From the IMG/VR virus record IMGVR_UViG_2548876860_000011, positions 1 to 8,436 of that record: 8,436 nt of DNA; one strand, 5' to 3'. The notes below the pieces were generated by a model. It did not search any database. It saw only the letters and a list, made by a program, of their open reading frames with translations, and was not told the DNA's origin. This stretch comes from a virus (Duplodnaviria; Heunggongvirae; Uroviricota; Caudoviricetes). The position numbers and the translations under genes were made by a program. Positions 6,746-8,436 of this stretch are shown here, piece by piece. The stretch's first letter is position 1. The number at the start of each line of letters is the position of its first letter.

Positions 6746-6910
6746 CTGTTACGCCATATGGGCTGGACTGAAGCCGCAGACCTGATTGTTAAAGGTATGG
6801 AAGGCGCAATCAATGCGAAGACCGTAACCTATGACTTCGAGCGTCTGATGGAAGGCGCTAAACTGCTGAAATGTTCAGAATTTGGTGATGCGATCATCAA
6901 GAACATGTAA
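6746..6910 (+). pseudogene. icdC: displaced 3'-terminal fragment of icd (isocitrate dehydrogenase), the att-site duplication at the right end of the e14-like element
   Basis: In-frame translation [55 protein letters not shown] matches the Icd C-terminus as remembered. An in-frame stop precedes it at 6740-6742 and no icd-like coding sequence lies upstream (AT-rich intergenic DNA). The length (about 165 nt) matches the icdC remnant of K-12. Confidence 0.8.
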
Positions 6911-6933
6911 TCACTACATGTGTTTAATATTGC

Positions 6934-6967
6934 AACGGGCGTATAACACGCCCGTTGTTTTATTTAT
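6934..6967 (+). terminator. rho-independent terminator of icd
   Basis: AACGGGCG-tataaca-CGCCCGTT perfect 8-bp stem followed by GTTTTATTTAT, beginning 24 nt after the icd stop. Confidence 0.75.
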
Positions 6968-7012
6968 GTAGGTACTATTAATAGCATATCGAGCATATTT
7001 ATATAAAACCCT

Positions 7013-7336
7013 TTACTTGAGCCCATATGGGCATATTTTTATAATGCAACTATTATGCAAACATTTATTTGTTATTTTTCTTTCTCCTGGAGGACACTCT
7101 TGACTGCTTTTGAGTAGACTCCATAAATCCTTGTTGAATGGTGCGATGTTATAAATAGTAATAGGATATTCTTTATCTTTAAGGATAATTCCAGATTTAA
7201 CCGGTGTAAATATACTGCCAGGAGGGAGAAATATAGTAGATTGATACCAGATGATCATTTTCATATTACCCCATATGGCTGAAAAAGATATGCCGCATGA
7301 AGGTTGAATTATCGTGTCAATTACTATCCACTTCAT
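7013..7336 (-). CDS. iraM: anti-adaptor protein IraM (inhibitor of RssB-mediated RpoS degradation)
   Basis: 107-aa AT-rich [35 protein letters not shown]... Length, sequence as remembered and position immediately right of icdC match E. coli iraM (elbA). Confidence 0.75.
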   Translation of the reverse strand: MKWIVIDTIIQPSCGISFSAIWGNMKMIIWYQSTIFLPPGSIFTPVKSGIILKDKEYPITIYNIAPFNKDLWSLLKSSQECPPGERKITNKCLHNSCIIKICPYGLK

Positions 7337-7773
7337 TTGTTATGTCTTATCCCACGGTATTTAATATACTTCATTTGGATGTTCATTTCTTTATTTTGCA
7401 TATGAGTATATTACCCCTTCAAAAAATAAATTAATTAAAACGATTGCTTATATAAAACAAAATTTAAAGCAAGGAATCTCAATGGATGTTAAACAAAATG
7501 AGATTTAGTGAAAACAATAAATTATTCACTTCGTTTTAGATTTGTTTAGCTATAATGTTATACATTCAAATGACTGAACATCCTGTAATTAAAACATAGC
7601 CTTTATGCTACTTTGTGCCAATTTGCTAAACATTATGGTTGCCTTTTTATATAACGATAATAATGAATATAAGCATGACATGAGAATAAGGTTTCAATTT
7701 TTGAGTTATATAGGAAAGGTTTAACCTGTTCCTGGCTAAAATACATATAACTGGATGATGACTAAACCAAAAC

Positions 7774-7828
7774 ACATGTGCGTTAAGTATTGAAACGGGC
7801 GTATGGCACACCCGTTGTTTTTATAAAT
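7774..7828. repeat. second, diverged copy of the icd terminator region (hairpin AACGGGCG-tatggca-CACCCGTT + T-run)
   Basis: ACATGTGCGTTAAGTATTGAAACGGGCGTATGGCACACCCGTTGTTTTTAT is about 80% identical to 6917-6967. It lies between iraM and ycgX, oriented as a plus-strand terminator although both neighbours are minus-strand genes. Confidence 0.6.
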
Positions 7829-8031
7829 ATATTAACCGTTATAAAATAACGTATAGAAAGTCAAGTGATCACATTTCAAATATCAATTTGATAGTATTGG
7901 CATGGTGATTATTTATGGGTAGCAATAAAAGGACAGTATTTATCATCCATAGGGATAGTCTCTGTACTTTTATTCCCATTATGCTAATGCCTTACTGAAT
8001 TATGAAGCATTTCTTAAGCATCCAACTTTAG

Positions 8032-8436
8032 CTAGATTAATGGTTTATTATTTTCTACATCTTCAATATATAAAAGCGTATTATCAATGGCGTAGTAACT
8101 GCGTTTGTTATGATTAACATCAGTAACCCACCGGAAAACGCCCGCGCCTGCTAGTGTTGAACAGTATTCCCGAAATGTAGATTTTCCGCAAATATGAAGC
8201 AATGCGGCCTCTTTTATTTTAGCAGGGTTCTTGGTCGTACTAACTTTTAACAGGTTCCTGGTTCCTCTTAATAACAAAACCGTGTCATCGTGAGTAATAA
8301 TTCTGATGTTATCCGTAGCCAGATAATAAATGTAATGTGCAATACGGTGATGTTTTAATTCTGAATAAAACCAGGAGAAGTTTTGCTCTTTTCTCACTTG
8401 CTCAAACATCTTTTGAAAAACAACGACCTGATCCAT
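8032..8436 (-). CDS. ycgX: YcgX-like protein (DUF1398 family), host gene
   Basis: 134-aa ORF starting at the window edge (ATG at 8434-8436 on the minus strand). Length and position after iraM match the K-12 order icdC-iraM-ycgX. Sequence recognised only by context and approximate memory. Confidence 0.65.
   Translation of the reverse strand: MDQVVVFQKMFEQVRKEQNFSWFYSELKHHRIAHYIYYLATDNIRIITHDDTVLLLRGTRNLLKVSTTKNPAKIKEAALLHICGKSTFREYCSTLAGAGVFRWVTDVNHNKRSYYAIDNTLLYIEDVENNKPLI

Noticed and set aside
6746-6910. An intact icd gene
   Set aside because: Only the last ~55 codons are present, preceded by an in-frame stop and AT-rich non-coding DNA. This is the displaced 3' fragment (icdC-type), not the functional gene.
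7520-7550. Possible PhoP-box-like direct repeat (GTTTTA-N5-TGTTTA) upstream of iraM
   Set aside because: The match to the (T/G)GTTTA-N5-(T/G)GTTTA consensus is imperfect, and the region is so AT-rich that such hexamers occur by chance. Not supportable from sequence alone.

Overview
This 8.4-kb window looks like the right-hand junction of an e14-like cryptic prophage integrated in the 3' end of icd in an Escherichia coli-type chromosome. All identifications are by eye from protein motifs, gene order and remembered sequences; no search was run. Left to right: (i) the distal part of a Pin-type invertible tail-fibre segment (partial tfa' on +, tfa and a promoterless tail-fibre C-terminal cassette on -, a hix/gix-like crossover site at 1225-1250) and the pin invertase gene (1305-1856). 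(ii) An SOS/DNA-damage module: dinI-like (-), a LexA-box-like operator, an 80-aa ORF and a UmuD'-like gene (+) that is frameshifted inside a 13-unit CAGC tetranucleotide repeat, and a convergent SRAP/YedK-family gene. (iii) A sharply AT-rich cargo block (about 3650-6745) with two orphan genes on the minus strand (261/271 aa and 322 aa), each followed by a near-identical ~120-bp repeat made of a tRNA-Pro 3' fragment plus an intrinsic terminator. The 322-aa protein carries an HNH-like Cys motif and a C-terminal Rx4H (HEPN-like) motif and is the best candidate for an undescribed defence or toxin gene. (iv) The displaced 165-nt icd 3' end (icdC-like) with its terminator, then host genes iraM and ycgX (both -). 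In E. coli K-12 the slot between pin and icdC holds mcrA; here it holds different cargo. No rRNA, CRISPR array, transposase or intact tRNA gene was seen.
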